Assembly (NCBI RefSeq): GCF_009914755.1
Contig: NC_060931.1
Length of the DNA: 64,000 bases
From: the human T2T-CHM13v2.0 reference genome, Homo sapiens
Strand: one strand, 5' to 3'
Of this stretch, positions 1 to 16,427 are shown piece after piece. The position numbers were made by a program, and so were the translations under genes. The notes under the pieces are model-generated. The model worked only from the letters and a program-made list of their open reading frames with translations. It had not been told where the DNA came from and searched no databases. Position 1 is the first letter of the stretch. Each line of letters begins with the position of its first letter.

Positions 1-83
1 TCCAGTAACAAAAAGCTGTTTCTGACATTTGAATTATCTAGATGGTAATATCTTGCCCAAGCCAATTTAACTTCTCAAGATTA

Positions 84-879
<796 letters not shown>

Positions 880-920
880 TGAGTATTTATTTGTGTATTT
901 TCCTGCATGTGGGGACCTCT

Positions 921-1105
921 CAGTGGTTTACTGGTCTAACAACTATATCTCTGAAAAAAATAGCTCAGTTTTATGGCATTTGCCAATTTCTGTAGTGTAA
1001 ATACCCCCACTGTGGCCCATTTCAAGGGGCCAATGACATCACCAAATGTGGAGTTGGGAAGAGAGGCTCTCTTCACAATCAGCTTTCCGTGGCTCCAGCA
1101 CACTG
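921..1105 (-). mobile_element. MER63-like hAT DNA transposon fossil
   Basis: CAGTGG..CTGG / CCAGCACACTG termini; internal GTGTAAATACCCCCAC matches the reverse of the copy at 16428. Confidence 0.7.
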
Positions 1106-2599
1106 TAAGACTCCGAATTTTACACTCTCACAATGCTAAGGTACCTCTCTACTCCTCCCCTCTCCAATTCTTCACATCAATGAAGCTTTAACAAGTGCTG
1201 GCTTCCTAGGAAATGGTTTCCAAAAGTCAGAACCAGTATACTAAAGCCAATCAGTGTCACTCTTTGAATGACTGTGGCACACATGTTGATGTGATGGAAT
1301 TTGCCTTCTCAATATAATTAAGTGAAGAACTTCTGCATCTCCCTCAGGCATTCAAACTCTGACTTTAGCATCTCCTTCCACTTCTCAACCTTACATACTA
1401 CCTAGCACATAGTAGGAGGAGGGAGGGAGGGAGTGGAAAAGAGGATGTGAGCGCAAGTTATTTCAAGGACAAGATCTATAATTAATACAGTGAGAAAAGG
1501 ACAGACAAGTGTCCAGGCAGGCAGAACAACGGTAAGATCACGTTTTTTGGTTTTAACATTAACTGGGAGGGATAAAGACTAAAGTGCTGTTCTTTTCCAA
1601 GTCTGCTACTATGAAACAATTTCTAACATTTTTAGCATTAACAGAAGCCAAAATCTCCCTAACTTTCTTGCCTAAAAACCTAACAAAAGGTAATTATGTT
1701 TCTTGCTGACAAAAGACAGTAAGTCGAGCAAGCACAATTACAGAGAAACAACTGAAATGTTGAATAGAAAGAATAACAACCTATGAAAGTTCTACAGTCA
1801 TGGTAGGAAATGCAGCTCTTTTACCATGGAAGATAACAACGAATGTCTTCCAGAAGGGTCTTAATCTTCTATAATACAAGGTTTTTAAAATTAATTTAAC
1901 CATGAATAATTTTCTTTTAAAAGTACTTAAAATTTTTTATTTTAACTATCAGAAGGCTATTGCCCAGCCATTTTTATAACTGGATTAGGCCATGTCCTTC
2001 AGCCTAGGAAGTGGAGTTCCTTTACGTTGGTGTCCTGGGCTCACAAGGCCCTGTCTCCTGAGCACAGTTAGAGCTGGTATCTGAGACATCAGGGACAACA
2101 GGAGTTGGTTCAGCTCAACTCACTCTTTGGAAGGGTCCTGTTCCCTAAAAAGCCATGCCCAAATACTTCGCAGAGCATTCCAGACACTTGAAAATAGAAC
2201 TCCAAATGTCCATATGTACCCCTGTCATCCAGCAGGGTCCTCACAAGGGGCTATTGAGCCACCAGCATTAGGGGAGCAAACTAGGTCACAGTCCAGGAGG
2301 AGGGAGGCCCAGACACAAAGGGAAGACGGAGCCCCAAATCTGGTGGGACAAAAAGTGGGTAGAAGGTATGGCCATGGAGCCAAAGATTCAGAACTGGGAG
2401 AGAAAATCAAGGGAATAGCAACTGGACTCAAACAGGAGGAGCCTCCTGAGAGGCTGCCAGGAGCGGCGTAGAGCAGTTGAGGCTCACAGATAAAGGCTGA
2501 CGGGTGCCACGGGAGGGTGGTGGGCTTGTTTCACAGAGGGGCTGGGGGTAGAGGAGCAATAGTCACCTAGTGACCAGCATCACCTACAGGAGGATGCAC

Positions 2600-2880
2600 G
2601 GCTCTAGCCCGTGGTCATGTGGTTTCATGACTCTCTGCCTTTTGCATGTGCCGTCCTCTCCACCCAGACTGTTGTTCCTGCTTTTTACCTAAAGAACCCC
2701 TATTCTTCTCACAATGCCCAGTGCTCAAGAGCTCCTTCCTCTGTGAAGTTTTCCCCTTCATCATCTCATTTGTGCCACCACTTTCCTTGTACACACTTCA
2801 TCCATGGTACACAACAGACACAATATTTGGTACACAGTAGGTGCTTAGTGTTTGTTGAATGAACGAGTGAATGAAAAACT
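2600..2880. mobile_element. L2 3' fragment
   Basis: ggtacacagtaggtgcttagtgtttgttgaatgaa, typical of the L2 tail. Confidence 0.6.
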
Positions 2881-3219
2881 AAGAACAGCTAATACTGAGT
2901 TCCGCAGTCAGGTCTGGTTAGAAACATCTATTGATATTGGCAGTAGTTTAAAAAATGAGGCCAAAGGGTCACAAGAGGTGCTTCACTTTTCCCCTGAGTC
3001 ATCTAAGAACCAGTCCCTAGCTAGATGCAATCACTGTCTTATATTCCTGAAACAGTAAAAGGAGAATAAATATTTTCAGCTGCAAAAGGAATGAAATTTA
3101 ATACCAGCAAATACCTTGGAAGCAGATTCAAAGTTTAACAAGCTGACTTTCAGACACTGATAATGATGTTCAGCCAATGGAACACCCAAAAAAACACCAG
3201 AGAACCTACTGGAATGGGC

Positions 3220-3377
3220 AGGCTTCTAGAGCCTTCTAGGCTGAGGATCAGACTTACCTGACAGATTCCTAGGTCCACCTCAAAGATTCTGATACAATAG
3301 GTTTCAGTCAAGGAATCTGTATTTTTTGAAAACTCCTCCAAGTGATTCTAGCAATGAACAGGTTTAGAAACCACTGG
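3220..3377. mobile_element. MER5-type hAT fossil
   Basis: gattctgat...aggaatctgtattttt...aagtgattct...tttagaaaccactg. Confidence 0.6.
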
Positions 3378-3479
3378 ATGGCTGGTTCTAAGCTACTGAT
3401 GATATGATTCCTGATATACATGACAGAATGTTCCTGGGGAGAGGGGCTGCTGTCTGCCTGGGAGATCAGAGATCGTCTT

Positions 3480-3700
3480 CATAAATAATCGTTAAATCTA
3501 CTATGTATTGACTTGGATTATCTCATTTAATCCTCCCAACAAGCATGTAAAGGTAGGGGCTGATATTATCCCCATTGTACAAACACAGAAACTGAAGCTT
3601 AGAGAGGTGAAATAACTTATTCAGCTACTATGTGGCAAAGGTCGGATTCACAATCCTGGCAGGTCATTTTAGAGGCTGCATTCTTCATCCCTGTGTAATG
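3480..3700 (-). mobile_element. MIR
   Basis: ctcatttaatcctc...attatccccatt..aca...gaaactgaagcttagagaggtgaaataactt core. Confidence 0.75.
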
Positions 3701-3959
3701 CTGCCTTTTTGCTGAAGCACATGGGCAGAAAGCAACCCCCTAAAACACAATGTCTTAAAGAAGGGGCCAGTACACTTGAAGTTGCTTCAATCTGTATTGC
3801 CTCCGAACTGTTTTATTCTCTAACTCACAGGAACTGGTTGTTTTGATAAATCATGAGCATTCCCACATCTCTCTGTCTCGCTGTGTTTTGTTCATTTCTG
3901 TATCCCTCATGTACCACACAATGCTTGGCCCATGATATATACTGAGTAAATATTTGGTA

Positions 3960-4014
3960 TTAGGTTGGTGCAAAAGTAACGGTAAGGACCACAATTACTT
4001 TCGCACCAACCTAA
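3960..4014. mobile_element. MADE1 (Hsmar1 MITE), internally deleted
   Basis: TTAGGTTGGTGCAAAAGTAA ... TTACTTTCGCACCAACCTAA TIRs with TA TSD. Confidence 0.92.
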
Positions 4015-4226
4015 TAAATTTAAAAGAACTACTAGATTCCCTGACTGTCATAAATACTATGTGACTAAAACCAAGGAATTCACTTAATCAAAGCCCTTGG
4101 TGCTACACTGCCCACACTGAAGCTGACTGAAAAACGTGACTTTGCTATCCAAGGGGAGGACATGGTCAGGCGCTTACTACGCACTTGCTGAATGAGCTTT
4201 CAAGGGAAGCACTTATGTTCTGCCTA

Positions 4227-5215
<989 letters not shown>

Positions 5216-5668
5216 AACTCAATAGATATCCACAAGAAAGTACATACAATCTACTACGCACAGTCCACCAAACTCGCTCCCATAAACTCTTGCTGGTCAG
5301 AGTCAATACTCTATTTGGAGAATGTCCTCTCTGCGGTGGGAAATATATGCACAGAGAGGCATTTAGAATATTCAGAGCCATTAGGACTGTTGGCGGTGAC
5401 CACAGATAAATGGATAAACAAATCCTTGATTACATGAGATCCCATTTCTACATCTTCCCCTGGGTTATAATTTGTTAAAACACTATTTCAGTCTGTGTTC
5501 ACCATGATGGAATTGAAGCATCACACGGAGAGGTTTGTTGGCACATTCACATCCTCTTTGTAAATCTCTACTTACATGTCATACCTAGAAATATTAACAA
5601 CAAATCCTTGCTTGCTTCAACTGTCCAATGTTCAGATTTCCTCATTGTCTTATAAATGAGCCTATTGA

Positions 5669-6026
<358 letters not shown>

Positions 6027-6108
6027 CTTGCATCTTAGTTGTCAGAGTCATCTTTCCTGTAGTTTCGCACAGTGTAAGCTTTGCAGATGGCATCCTCATG
6101 GCATTATT

Positions 6109-6621
6109 TGTTGGGAACAGGGCCCCTGAAATCTGGCCATAAACTGGCCCCAAAACTGGCCATAAGCAAAATCTCTGCAGCACTGTGACATGTTCATGAT
6201 GGCCATGATGCCCACGCTGGAAGGTTGTGGGGTTAACGGAATCAGGGCAAGGAACACCTGGCCCACCCAGGGCGGAAAACCGCTTAAAGGCTTTCTTAAA
6301 CCACAAACAATAGCATGAGCAATCTGTGTCTTAAGGACATGCTCCTGCTGCAGATAACTAGCCAGACCCATCCCTTTATTTCGGCCCATCCCTTTGTTTC
6401 CCATAAGGAATACTTTTAGTTAATCTATAACCTATAGAAACAATGCTTATCACTGGCTTGCTGTCAATAAATACATGGGTAAATCTATGTTCAAGGCTCT
6501 CATCTCTGAAGGCTGTGAGACCCCTGATTTCCCACTCCACACCTCTACACTTCTGTGTGTGTGTCTTTCATTCCTCTAGCGCCACTGGGTTAGGGTCTCC
6601 CCAACCAAGCTGGTCTCGGCA
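6109..6621 (+). mobile_element. MER9 solo LTR (HERV-K HML-3), full length 513 bp
   Basis: TGTTGGGAACAGG...GCTGGTCTCGGCA termini; AATAAA at ~6466; exact 6-bp TSD ATTATT (6103-6108, 6622-6627). Confidence 0.93.
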
Positions 6622-6900
6622 ATTATTATATTAAACAGCGTATTTGTTCCTCTATCCTCTGTATTTTCTGTAAATTAGTAGCTAGACCTAAAGGCTTTAT
6701 CAGATTTAGAGTTGATGTTTTGGCAACATTATTTAATATCTTTCACCAAGCTAGTTTTTTTTTAATTAAAAAAATTTTGATTTTTTAAAAGCTCCTGTTT
6801 AAAAGTGAGTATTTTCTTACCTTCCTACCCAGAATATATTACATAAGTGCTATAGCAAAAGTCCTAAAGTGTTCTAGATTAAGAGTCAGGAAGCATTTTC

Positions 6901-7200
6901 CTTCTTTTTTGTTTTTTTTAAAAAGAGACAGGGTCTCACTCTGTCACCCAGGCTGGAGTGAGGTGGTGCAATCATACCTCACCGCAGCCTTGAACTCCTG
7001 GGCTTAAAAAATCTTCCCACCTCAGCCCCTGAAGAGCTGGAACTATAGGCCCACATCACCACATCTGGCTAATTTTATTTCTTTGGAGAGATGAGGTCTT
7101 GCTAAGTTACCCAGGCTGGTCTTAAACTGAACTCCTAGCCTCAAGTGATCCTCTGCCTCAGCCTCCCCAAAGTACTGTGATTACAAGCATGCACCTGGCC
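6901..7200 (-). mobile_element. AluJ inserted into MER58
   Basis: Diverged reverse Alu with J diagnostics (ctcctgggct). Confidence 0.9.
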
Positions 7201-7393
7201 TGACAGTAAATATTTTAGGTTTATGGGCCATAGAATTTCCGTTGAAACTTTCCTGTTGCACCTGCTCAACTCTGCCATTATAGTGAGAAAGCAGCCCCAA
7301 ACAATATATAAATAAATGGGTGTGGCTACAGTCCAATAAAATTTTGTTTTTAAAACAGGCAGCTGCCAAAAGGTCATAGTTTGCAGACCCCTG
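7201..7393 (+). mobile_element. MER58A hAT fossil (5' end at ~6881-6900, split by the Alu)
   Basis: agtaaatattttagg..tgggccata...ctcaactctgccatt...ccaataaaa...catagtttgcagacccctg. Confidence 0.85.
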
Positions 7394-7511
7394 TCCTAAA
7401 TGATCCAAAACTTCGCCTTATAAAATACATGCATCACCAACAAATATAGAATGACTGTTGTGGGTTTTCTGGAAGGATTTCCACATAGGCACAAAAGTAA
7501 GAAGCTATCTA

Positions 7512-7907
<396 letters not shown>

Positions 7908-8374
7908 CTAGTTGGCAGACGGAGTGGCAAGAATTCAACTCATCAAGTATCCATGGAACAAAAAATTATACAGGCATCAAAAAGGGACCCTAAGATGAGT
8001 AAGAGACAACACCTCTGCCCTCAAGTCCCAGCAGGCTAGCGGGGCAGGGAAAGATGAGTCAAATATATAATTACTGATGTATGAGGATGGCTGCAGTAAG
8101 TATTACAAAAGGCAACACAATGACATCAGAGATTAAAGGAGAATAACATGGGTAGGAGCAGGAAACCTCCAGGGATGAGGAAGCACCATGTAAAAATAAA
8201 TACAAGTTGTTTTCTTGCCTGCACATCAGGGACTTTTAGCAGAAGTTGGTCTTTACATACAAGGACTATTCTGTATTCCTTTTTGTTCACCCTTCTAAGT
8301 TCAGACAAGTTCTCAGAAACAGCTGCAAGAGAAAGGGTATGAGAAGGAGAATCGTGAGGGAGAGACTAACTCAC

Positions 8375-8569
8375 CTTCTTGTTTTTCTAAGCTGTCTTTG
8401 CCAGCACCGCAGTCTAGATGATCCTCAACTGGAGAAAAGACTTCGGAAAAATTGAACTCGCCCTCTCCCGTCCACCAACCTTGGCTCTGAGCGTAACTCC
8501 TGAGTTCCGGATGCTCTGCATCCATCTTAGTGGTGAGCGAAAGCTGACTGCAAATGCACCTCACTCCCT
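8375..8569 (-). CDS. SCRN1: Secernin-1 exon 5, (E)GVRCICSQLSLTTKMD...DSLEKQE(E)
   Basis: Acceptor ctctgcag|AG, donor GAAG|gtgagt; 195 nt, phase 1 to 1 (symmetric). Confidence 0.98.
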
Positions 8570-11500
8570 CTGCAGAGAGTGCAAAGCCCCATAAGTTAAA
8601 AATATACTTATAAAGACTTAATCAACAAATGGAAATGTATAGGGAATCCTTTTCCTGAAACACTGACTTTAACTACAGGGAGGAATCCATTTAATTTTTG
8701 AAGAGAGAAACAGACAATCATTGAGTCTCTTTCTAGGAGACCTCCTAAAAGGTCTGACCAGTCTTGACTGGGCATTATCACATTTTAAATGAGCAACAGT
8801 CACTTAACCCATCTTAAAAGCATAATCAACAGGAAATATGTAAGGCTCTTCATTTTGGCTAAATAAGCCCCAAGCATTCATTAGTTACACGCAAAAAAAG
8901 GGACAGGTCCTTTGAAAGAGGTACTGAGCTAACAAGACTTAGCAATCCACAAGGGAGTCCTCTATAATAGAGATGCTGTTCCTCTACAGCAATGCTCTAT
9001 CGCATCTATAGAAAGCCCCCTCCCTGGTCTGATTTCTTTTCACCTGGAAAAACACTTTACACCCCTACTCCTTGGCCAAATCTATATGGTTTTTTTTAAA
9101 AAATACAAATCAAATACTTCATTCAACTTTTTTTTCAGGTCTCAACATTTAGAAAATCATAGTGGCAATGACAACAAATTGTTTTAAAATAATTGAATAT
9201 ATTCATGAATATACATATGTCTGGGTATGTGTGTGTGCACACATGCGTGTGAGTGTGTGAGATAAAGTGTGTGCATGCGTGTGTGTATGTGTTTGAAAAA
9301 TCTATGGGAAATTTTTTCTTATAAAAATAGAAGTGTGACTAAATAAATCTAGAATTAGAAATGCCTGCATTCTGAGTACATTTCACTTTGATGAATGAGG
9401 GCTTAGACCAGAAACTCTCCTACCAGCTGGCTGGCTTGCTATGTCTTCTTCGAAGCCTGAGCTGCAAATGCACACAGGACAACTCAGCCTTCCAGCTTCA
9501 AGATGCTGTCTAGGGCACAAACACTAGGAAGTTATCAGTGCTAGCTTAAAAGGGCCATTCCTATTTGCTGCTTCCAGGGATTCTTGGAGAATGAAGTGAC
9601 ATAAAGAACATAAACTACAAGCTACAGGAAAGCCATCATTGCCTGAAAACCAGTTCCTAGAGGCAGGATCAGTGCTGGACTAAGTTCTTTCAGTATGTTT
9701 TGCTTCACTGATTTACACTTCTGAAATAAGCATTCCTGGCTGGTAGGCATTGGTCCTTTGTCATTTATCTTTTCAGAGAGGACCATAAAAGTACAATTAT
9801 AAACAATTAAAAATAAAAACCAGTTTTGGCCTAAACAAGTGATTTTGACATCATTCCTACTAAGTTATTTTAAAAAATACTCTTGTAAGCAACTCTACAG
9901 ATATTAGTTTCCCAGTGGGCAGATTTATAGTAGACATTTGCTTTTAAGAATGTTAGCCTTTGGGAGACGGAGTGCATTAAATCTTACTGCAATCCATCAC
10001 ACCGCTGCTGGGATCAGACGACATGAAATCAGTAAGTCCAAGAAATGGCTGGGGTTCTTTTTTATTTAAATATTTAGTTAACTAATGGAAGCATTCATTT
10101 TGTGTAATTTTTTAAGCTACATTTTGAAGAGACGCTCAGCTTTTGAAACGCAGTCATAGATCAAAAAGTGTTAGGTTCAACTTAAAAGCAATATGACTGC
10201 TTTGAAGCATGGATTACTAGCACTCTTGATGGAAGCATTCAATAGTAAGACTTCATCTTAGGAGGGGTTTTTATCAAGGAGTTTTAAGTTCCTGCATTGT
10301 AGGAGAGTTGGAGACCTGGTGGGCTGCACTGGCTGTCTTAGTTCTAGAACTACTGTAAGAGCTGGGCAAGTAGGCACACACACTGGTAGGTGGGTACATG
10401 CTGGGCATATGAGGTGGAGAAACTCTCCGTGATTGCTGACGGACACCACTAGCCCATTCTACACCCTTTTGAGATAGAAAGAGGCCACCCCCTCCTCCAG
10501 ACAGACACAGCCTTCATACAGCTTGGCCAGGAAGCCACAGTCTAGATTTCACTGCCTCACTGGGGCAATTTTGTATAGAGTACAACGTACCCATCATCCA
10601 GAGAAGCCCTGATCACTGGACTAACTTTGTGCACAGAAAACAGGCTTGATTCCCATCTACTGTGGTAGATCTTCCGCTTCTAACTCGGGTCAAATTTGGT
10701 TCAATTCACCCCTAAGATAGGGACGGCACACAAGTTTCATCCCCAACATCATTTTGGATTACTTGGAAGAGACTTCCTGGTAAATTTAGTTAAGAAAAAT
10801 ACATAGGCCAAGAATAGGTTCAACGAAAGAGAAGTGTCGTGACCTACTACTCCACCATTAGCACAGGAGGGAAGAATGGCAGTGCACACATCACATGGTC
10901 ACCACCCAGTCCCAAGGAGCTGCTCGGGCCAAAATTCCCTCTTAGGACTACTTAGTTCTCTTCGAAGCCCTTTAACCCATTCTGGGATCTCATCCTGTCC
11001 AGAAATGAGGATGCTGAGGTGGGGATACAAAACTACCACTCCCACCCCTAACACTTACTTCCCCAGGGCTGTGTTAGAAGCAAGATGCTGCACGGGCCAC
11101 AGAGCAGCAAATTTATGGGCACTAAATTCTTCTGGGTGGATCATCTAGTCCTCTGCTCTTCTAGAAACACTGTCTCACTGTGAGATAAATGAACTTCACT
11201 CACAAAGAAATCCCAGAGTGGCGTATACCGGTCCTCACACAGATCTAAACTCCTATTTTAGAGGAACATGCCAAGCACAAAGATCTACAGGGTTGGGGGT
11301 GACAAGGAGCTACTGTCCAGTGAAGGGACTTGTTGACCTATTACACAAGAAGAGTCACCATTCTCTTGGCCAATTAATAGAGTAATGGTTTAAGTCATGG
11401 AATTCCTGGTAGTCAAAAGCAGGTTCTTCCCAGAAAGCAAACAGAAAATACGAAATGTTAAGAGACTGCTTCACTCCAGGTTCAGGAGACTCCAGGTTCT

Positions 11501-11669
11501 CTTCTTGGAGGTTCCCAGAAATGAGAGGCATGCCAAAGCATGACAGTCCCACACAGAGAGGACCTGCAACGGCACGTCTTTCTTCCAGGTCTGACACTGT
11601 ACGTGCAGGCCACCCCATCTCTGTGGCCTTCCCTGTCCTCAGAACTCTCCATCATCCACACCCACTCAC

Positions 11670-11872
11670 CTGTGACTTTCTCGGCAGCCCAGTACTTCCC
11701 TATGGTCTCGAGCACCCAGGCTTCATCACGATCCACAATCAGATATGCACTTTGGAAGCTGTGGCAGGAGTTTGCATCTTCAAAGTAATTCCCACCTTGT
11801 CCATGTTCTTCCAACAAGGAGACAATGACATCTAAGGCTTCTTTAGCTGTTTCCCCTCTTTCTAAACCAAGC
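11670..11872 (-). CDS. SCRN1: Secernin-1 exon 4, (R)[15 protein letters not shown]...YWAAEKVT(E)
   Basis: Acceptor ttcctgcag|G, donor ACAG|gtgagt; 203 nt, phase 2 to 1. Confidence 0.98.
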
Positions 11873-12078
11873 CTGCAGGAAGGAAACCAGAACCATACTT
11901 CAGTCATTTCATACCACAGGATTGTTACTAGAGTAACCAAAGACTGGGCAAGGCCGAGTTATGAAGCATGCCAACATGTGTAAACATGTTAAGTCTGCAG
12001 AACAATAAGCAAACTGATTAACTGCACTGTATCCCAGAACACACTTCTCACATGTTTGCTTAAAAAACCATATGGGGT

Positions 12079-12421
<343 letters not shown>

Positions 12422-12921
12422 TCATTTCCCTTCGACACAGGAGAGTCAGGAACCCAGTGTCTTCTCCCTCTTGGAAGGCACCTGTGTGTCTTCCCCTCTT
12501 CTGACTGTGTCTCCCACAGAGCTGGCCACCTCAGCTCTAGCCCTTACAAAACCACCCCTCTGTGGCATGTACTCCCTCCTGACTCTAACCTGGGCAAAAG
12601 GAAACCAAGGCCAAGTCTGGCCTTGATCTCTATTATTCTACACCAGGTATTTTGCTTACTTATTAAAAGTGTTCAAATGCCAGACATTATCCTGTGTCCA
12701 GAGAGGACGTTGTCCTGTCTCTGTCTCAGAGACCTTATTAGGAATGGGCAGCTGGTTGGGACATAATCAGCCTTTTCTACATATTTCTCCTCCTGCCTAT
12801 CAGCCTACGTCTATTGGTATGGCTTACAGCTTCAGTCATCAAAAGAATATGTATTCCCTTTGAAGTGAGACATCCATCTCCCCCTAGCCTTTCCAATTAA
12901 TAAACCCTTTAAAGAGGGCAC

Positions 12922-13126
12922 TGATATGGTTTGGCTGTGTCCCCACCCAAATCTCAAATTACATCTCCCAGAATTCTCACTTGTTGTGGGAGGGACCCAA
13001 AAGGAGGTAACTGAATCAGGGGGTCCGGTCTTTCCTGTGCTATTCTCGTGATAGTGAATAAGACTCACAAGATCTGATGAGTTTATCAGGGGCTCCCGCA
13101 TTTGCTTCTTCCTCATTTTCTCTTGC
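12922..13126 (+). mobile_element. THE1 (THE1A-like) MaLR LTR, 5' portion only
   Basis: TGATATGGTTTGGCTGTGTCCCCACCCAAATCTCA start; stops at ttttctcttgc. Confidence 0.85.
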
Positions 13127-13129
13127 ACA

Positions 13130-13530
13130 GTACTGCCCTCTGTGTGACCTTGGGCAGGTTATATATTTTGAACTTCAGTTTTATGTCATCTATAAAATGA
13201 ACGCCCACATCATTTAGTTGTTGTAAGAGTAGGTTTATGAGATAACATCCATGAAAATATGCAGTGCTAGTGCTTGTGACCAGGAAAGTGGTCAGTAAAT
13301 TTCTGGAGGTAGAACACTGTGGCAGAGAAACATATGACTCAGAGATAAATGGACCCAGCTTCTAGCTATGGCTCTGCTACTCACTGGCATTAAGATCTTA
13401 AGTAATGTGACCTTTCCAAACCTTGATTTTTCTCATCTGCAGATTGAAAACAATACTACCTCCCTCTCTGGCTGTTATGAAAGAGGATGGTACATGCCAT
13501 GTACTCAGGAAGTGTCCATATTCATCTGTT
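13130..13530 (+). mobile_element. Two tandem MIR fragments
   Basis: tgtgtgaccttgggcaggtt...cagtttt..catctataaaatg and second ttctcatctgcagattg core. Confidence 0.7.
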
Positions 13531-15374
13531 CATTCAAATTATAATTCAGGTGGCAGGAACACAGGAGTCTTAGAACCTGGGCAATGGTGCTACTACAATG
13601 GTGGTACAAGCCAGTTCTTGGTGAATTTTCAACTTGAGAAGTAAAAACTATTCAAATTTATCTAATTTGATGCTTCCTAAAGGGATATTTCACTGTGCTG
13701 CCAGGGAGAAGAAAAGCTAATACAACTAATCTATAGGCTGATTATTATAACAGGCTTATGTTTATAGTCAAATAATTACATGACAATTCATTTGACATTT
13801 CTCATTTTAAGCTTATGTAGCAAGACTCGGTTACAAGGCAGTGATTTACAAAGCTGAACCCTAAAACCTTAGGAGAGGGATAAAAGAACAAACCCACTAG
13901 AAGACTGAATTCAGCTGACTTTTCCTTTGGTCAATGTCATCTTCTCCAAAGAGAAGGAACAGAAGCAGGCACTCATCTTACCTTGAGGCTCCGGAACAAA
14001 CAAAGGTGCTGTGAGTGCCTCTCAGAACCCCACGTTGTACACACTCGAAGGCCTCCTTCCTCCCTTCCACAGGTCCCTGGTAGCCCCCTGGTCACAATGC
14101 CTCATACAGACATTCCAGGCAGAATCCTGTTCCCAGGGCCTTTGCAGGGCCCCAACTTGCCCGTGCAAACATGTGCTGGGAGCATGTGAATACACAGCCA
14201 GCTGTAACAGCCCTGTCTTCGGAGCTTGTGACTTATCTTTTTTGATTTCCAGTGTACTCTTCTGATGTTCTGCCTGTTTGCATTCCACACTGAGGCCCTA
14301 GACTTGCACTTGCCCTCCCATGCTGACTTTGATGTCCTCTGGCAGAGTTGGCAACAGGACCTCAGCACTATCCACAGACCTAATTCTGATTTCACCCTCC
14401 TATCCCTTGTGCCAGGACCATGGGTCAGAGATACCCCTTTGTCCCACCTGATTATTCCCACCTGGTCTTCCTACCATGCCATGAGGACAGGGCCAACTGC
14501 TCCATAGTACATGGGCCGTGAATAACACCAGGGTTACACCCTTGCCCTCTGCAACTGAGAAATGCAGATGAATCCCATGTCACTGGGTGCAGAAGAGATG
14601 CCAGAGAGACCTGGGGCCACAAGTCACATGGCATCCAGAGGCCAATGTTAAAGCCATTCCCAACAGTCTCACCTCCTACATGCGGCAGATTCATGTGATT
14701 CCAGAAGAGGGCAGTGCTCTCTGGCCCCATGCCTAATTTCACTTTGGCTGCTACCCCTCTGCCTGGGCAGGACCAGGACAGGGAAGGGGAAGAAACTCAA
14801 TGGGCCAAGGTTAGAGTTCCACTGTAACATCTATCTTCTGTGCAGTTCGAATTCTTCCAAAGTGTGTGCTTTGTCCAGCTTGCTCTGGGCCTGGGAATTA
14901 GATGCTCCTGAATTCAATTCCTAGTTTTATAGGAAAATCTTTCCCTGGGAGCCCATGACCTTCTCACAGGTATGTCAAGCTCACCCTGCCCGTTCCTGAA
15001 AAGTTAACACATCTCACTGAGAAAGATGGGTCACACCTGTACTTCTCCTGCTTAAAGCCCGTTTGTTTAGAAACTCTGCTTATCTTTTCAACATCTGTGC
15101 CTCCATGGATTAGGAGATCCCTGTCCTTTTCTATCTCAAATCAGGTAAAACTAGATTTGCCATGGATATATAATCACTGACTTGGGAAAAGTAATAAAAA
15201 TAGGCAACACAGCCCCCTTAGAAAGGTGGGCCTAGTATTCTTATAGGACTCAGGTGCAAATAATCTTCCCTCCTCCCCACAATCAAGCAGTCTGCCAGGC
15301 CCTTCTGAGGTCAGGACCTTTTGGAAATTGGAAATTCCCTGCCTTCAGCCAGAGGGCTAGAAGCAGGAAGGTAA

Positions 15375-15750
15375 TGCTATGAAGTGATTGCTTGTCCCCC
15401 TGGTTTCCCCAAAAATTCATATGTTAAGCCTCATCCCCAGTGTGATGGTATGGTACACGGGGCCTTTGGGAGGTGATGAGGTCATGAGGGGTGGAGGCAC
15501 CATGATGGGATTAGTGCCCTTAAAAGAAGAGACACCAGAACACGTCCTCTTTCTCTGTTCTCTGCCATGTGAGGATACGGGGGAAGATGGCCGTCTGCAA
15601 ACCAGCAAGCAGGCTCTCCCCAGACACTGGGTCTTCCGGTGCCTTGATCTCAGATTTCCCAGTCTCTAGGAATGTGAAAAATAAATTTGTGTAGTTTCAA
15701 CCCCCTAGGCTATGGTATGTTTGTTATAGCAGCCCAAATGGACTAAGACG
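15375..15750 (+). mobile_element. MLT1A-type MaLR solo LTR, full length
   Basis: tgctatg...aaattcatatgtt...gggattagtgccctt...gccatgtgagga...aataaattt...ttgttatagcagcccaaatggactaagac. Confidence 0.85.
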
Positions 15751-16427
15751 AGTGATAACACAGGTGATGGATGTGAAGGTGATCCAGGGAAAGAGCGTGT
15801 GAAACTTTTTGACTTATCTCCATCTCTCAGTGTCCCGAAATTCCTGCGTCATTGACAGGTGAAGTAAAATGTGCTCCACTACATAGAGGAGTGGCCTCTC
15901 TGAGGCTAGCAGGCCCTGGGATCCCTGGCTTAGCCACCTTCTAGCTCTGGGGCCTTGGGCAACTCCTTCAACCCTCCTAAGCTCCAGTGTCCTCACTCTC
16001 AAGGGGAGGAGACCTACTTCATTGGGTTACTGTGAGAGTTAAATGAAATAATATGTGCAAAGCATGTCTTACTACAGTGTTCAGGAAATAGTAACTCTGA
16101 TTACACAGGTTCCTCCCGCCTACAAATGGTGACTGAACCTCCTTTTAAATCACCTGAGTCCTCACATTCACCAACAACCTAAAGACAAACTACAGACCTT
16201 TCCAAATTTTCACACTGGCCTTTTGCCAAGGACTTTTGTGATTTTTAACATGCTGAAGGTCTGATGGAATGTGTCCAGAATTATAAGATGTTCTGAAATA
16301 TTGGAATTGACTAGGTTTTAGTGCCATTGTTAAACACAAATGGGACTAGCAAAAGTCAGCATGCAGGAAAAAAAAGAATAAAGTAGTTATGCAAAGGGAA
16401 GAAGAGGCAAGAAACACTGAAAGAATG

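Noticed and set aside
11482-11940. 152-aa ORF taken as a whole coding unit
   Set aside because: Only 11872-11670 is bounded by splice sites and matches secernin; the flanks are intron read-through
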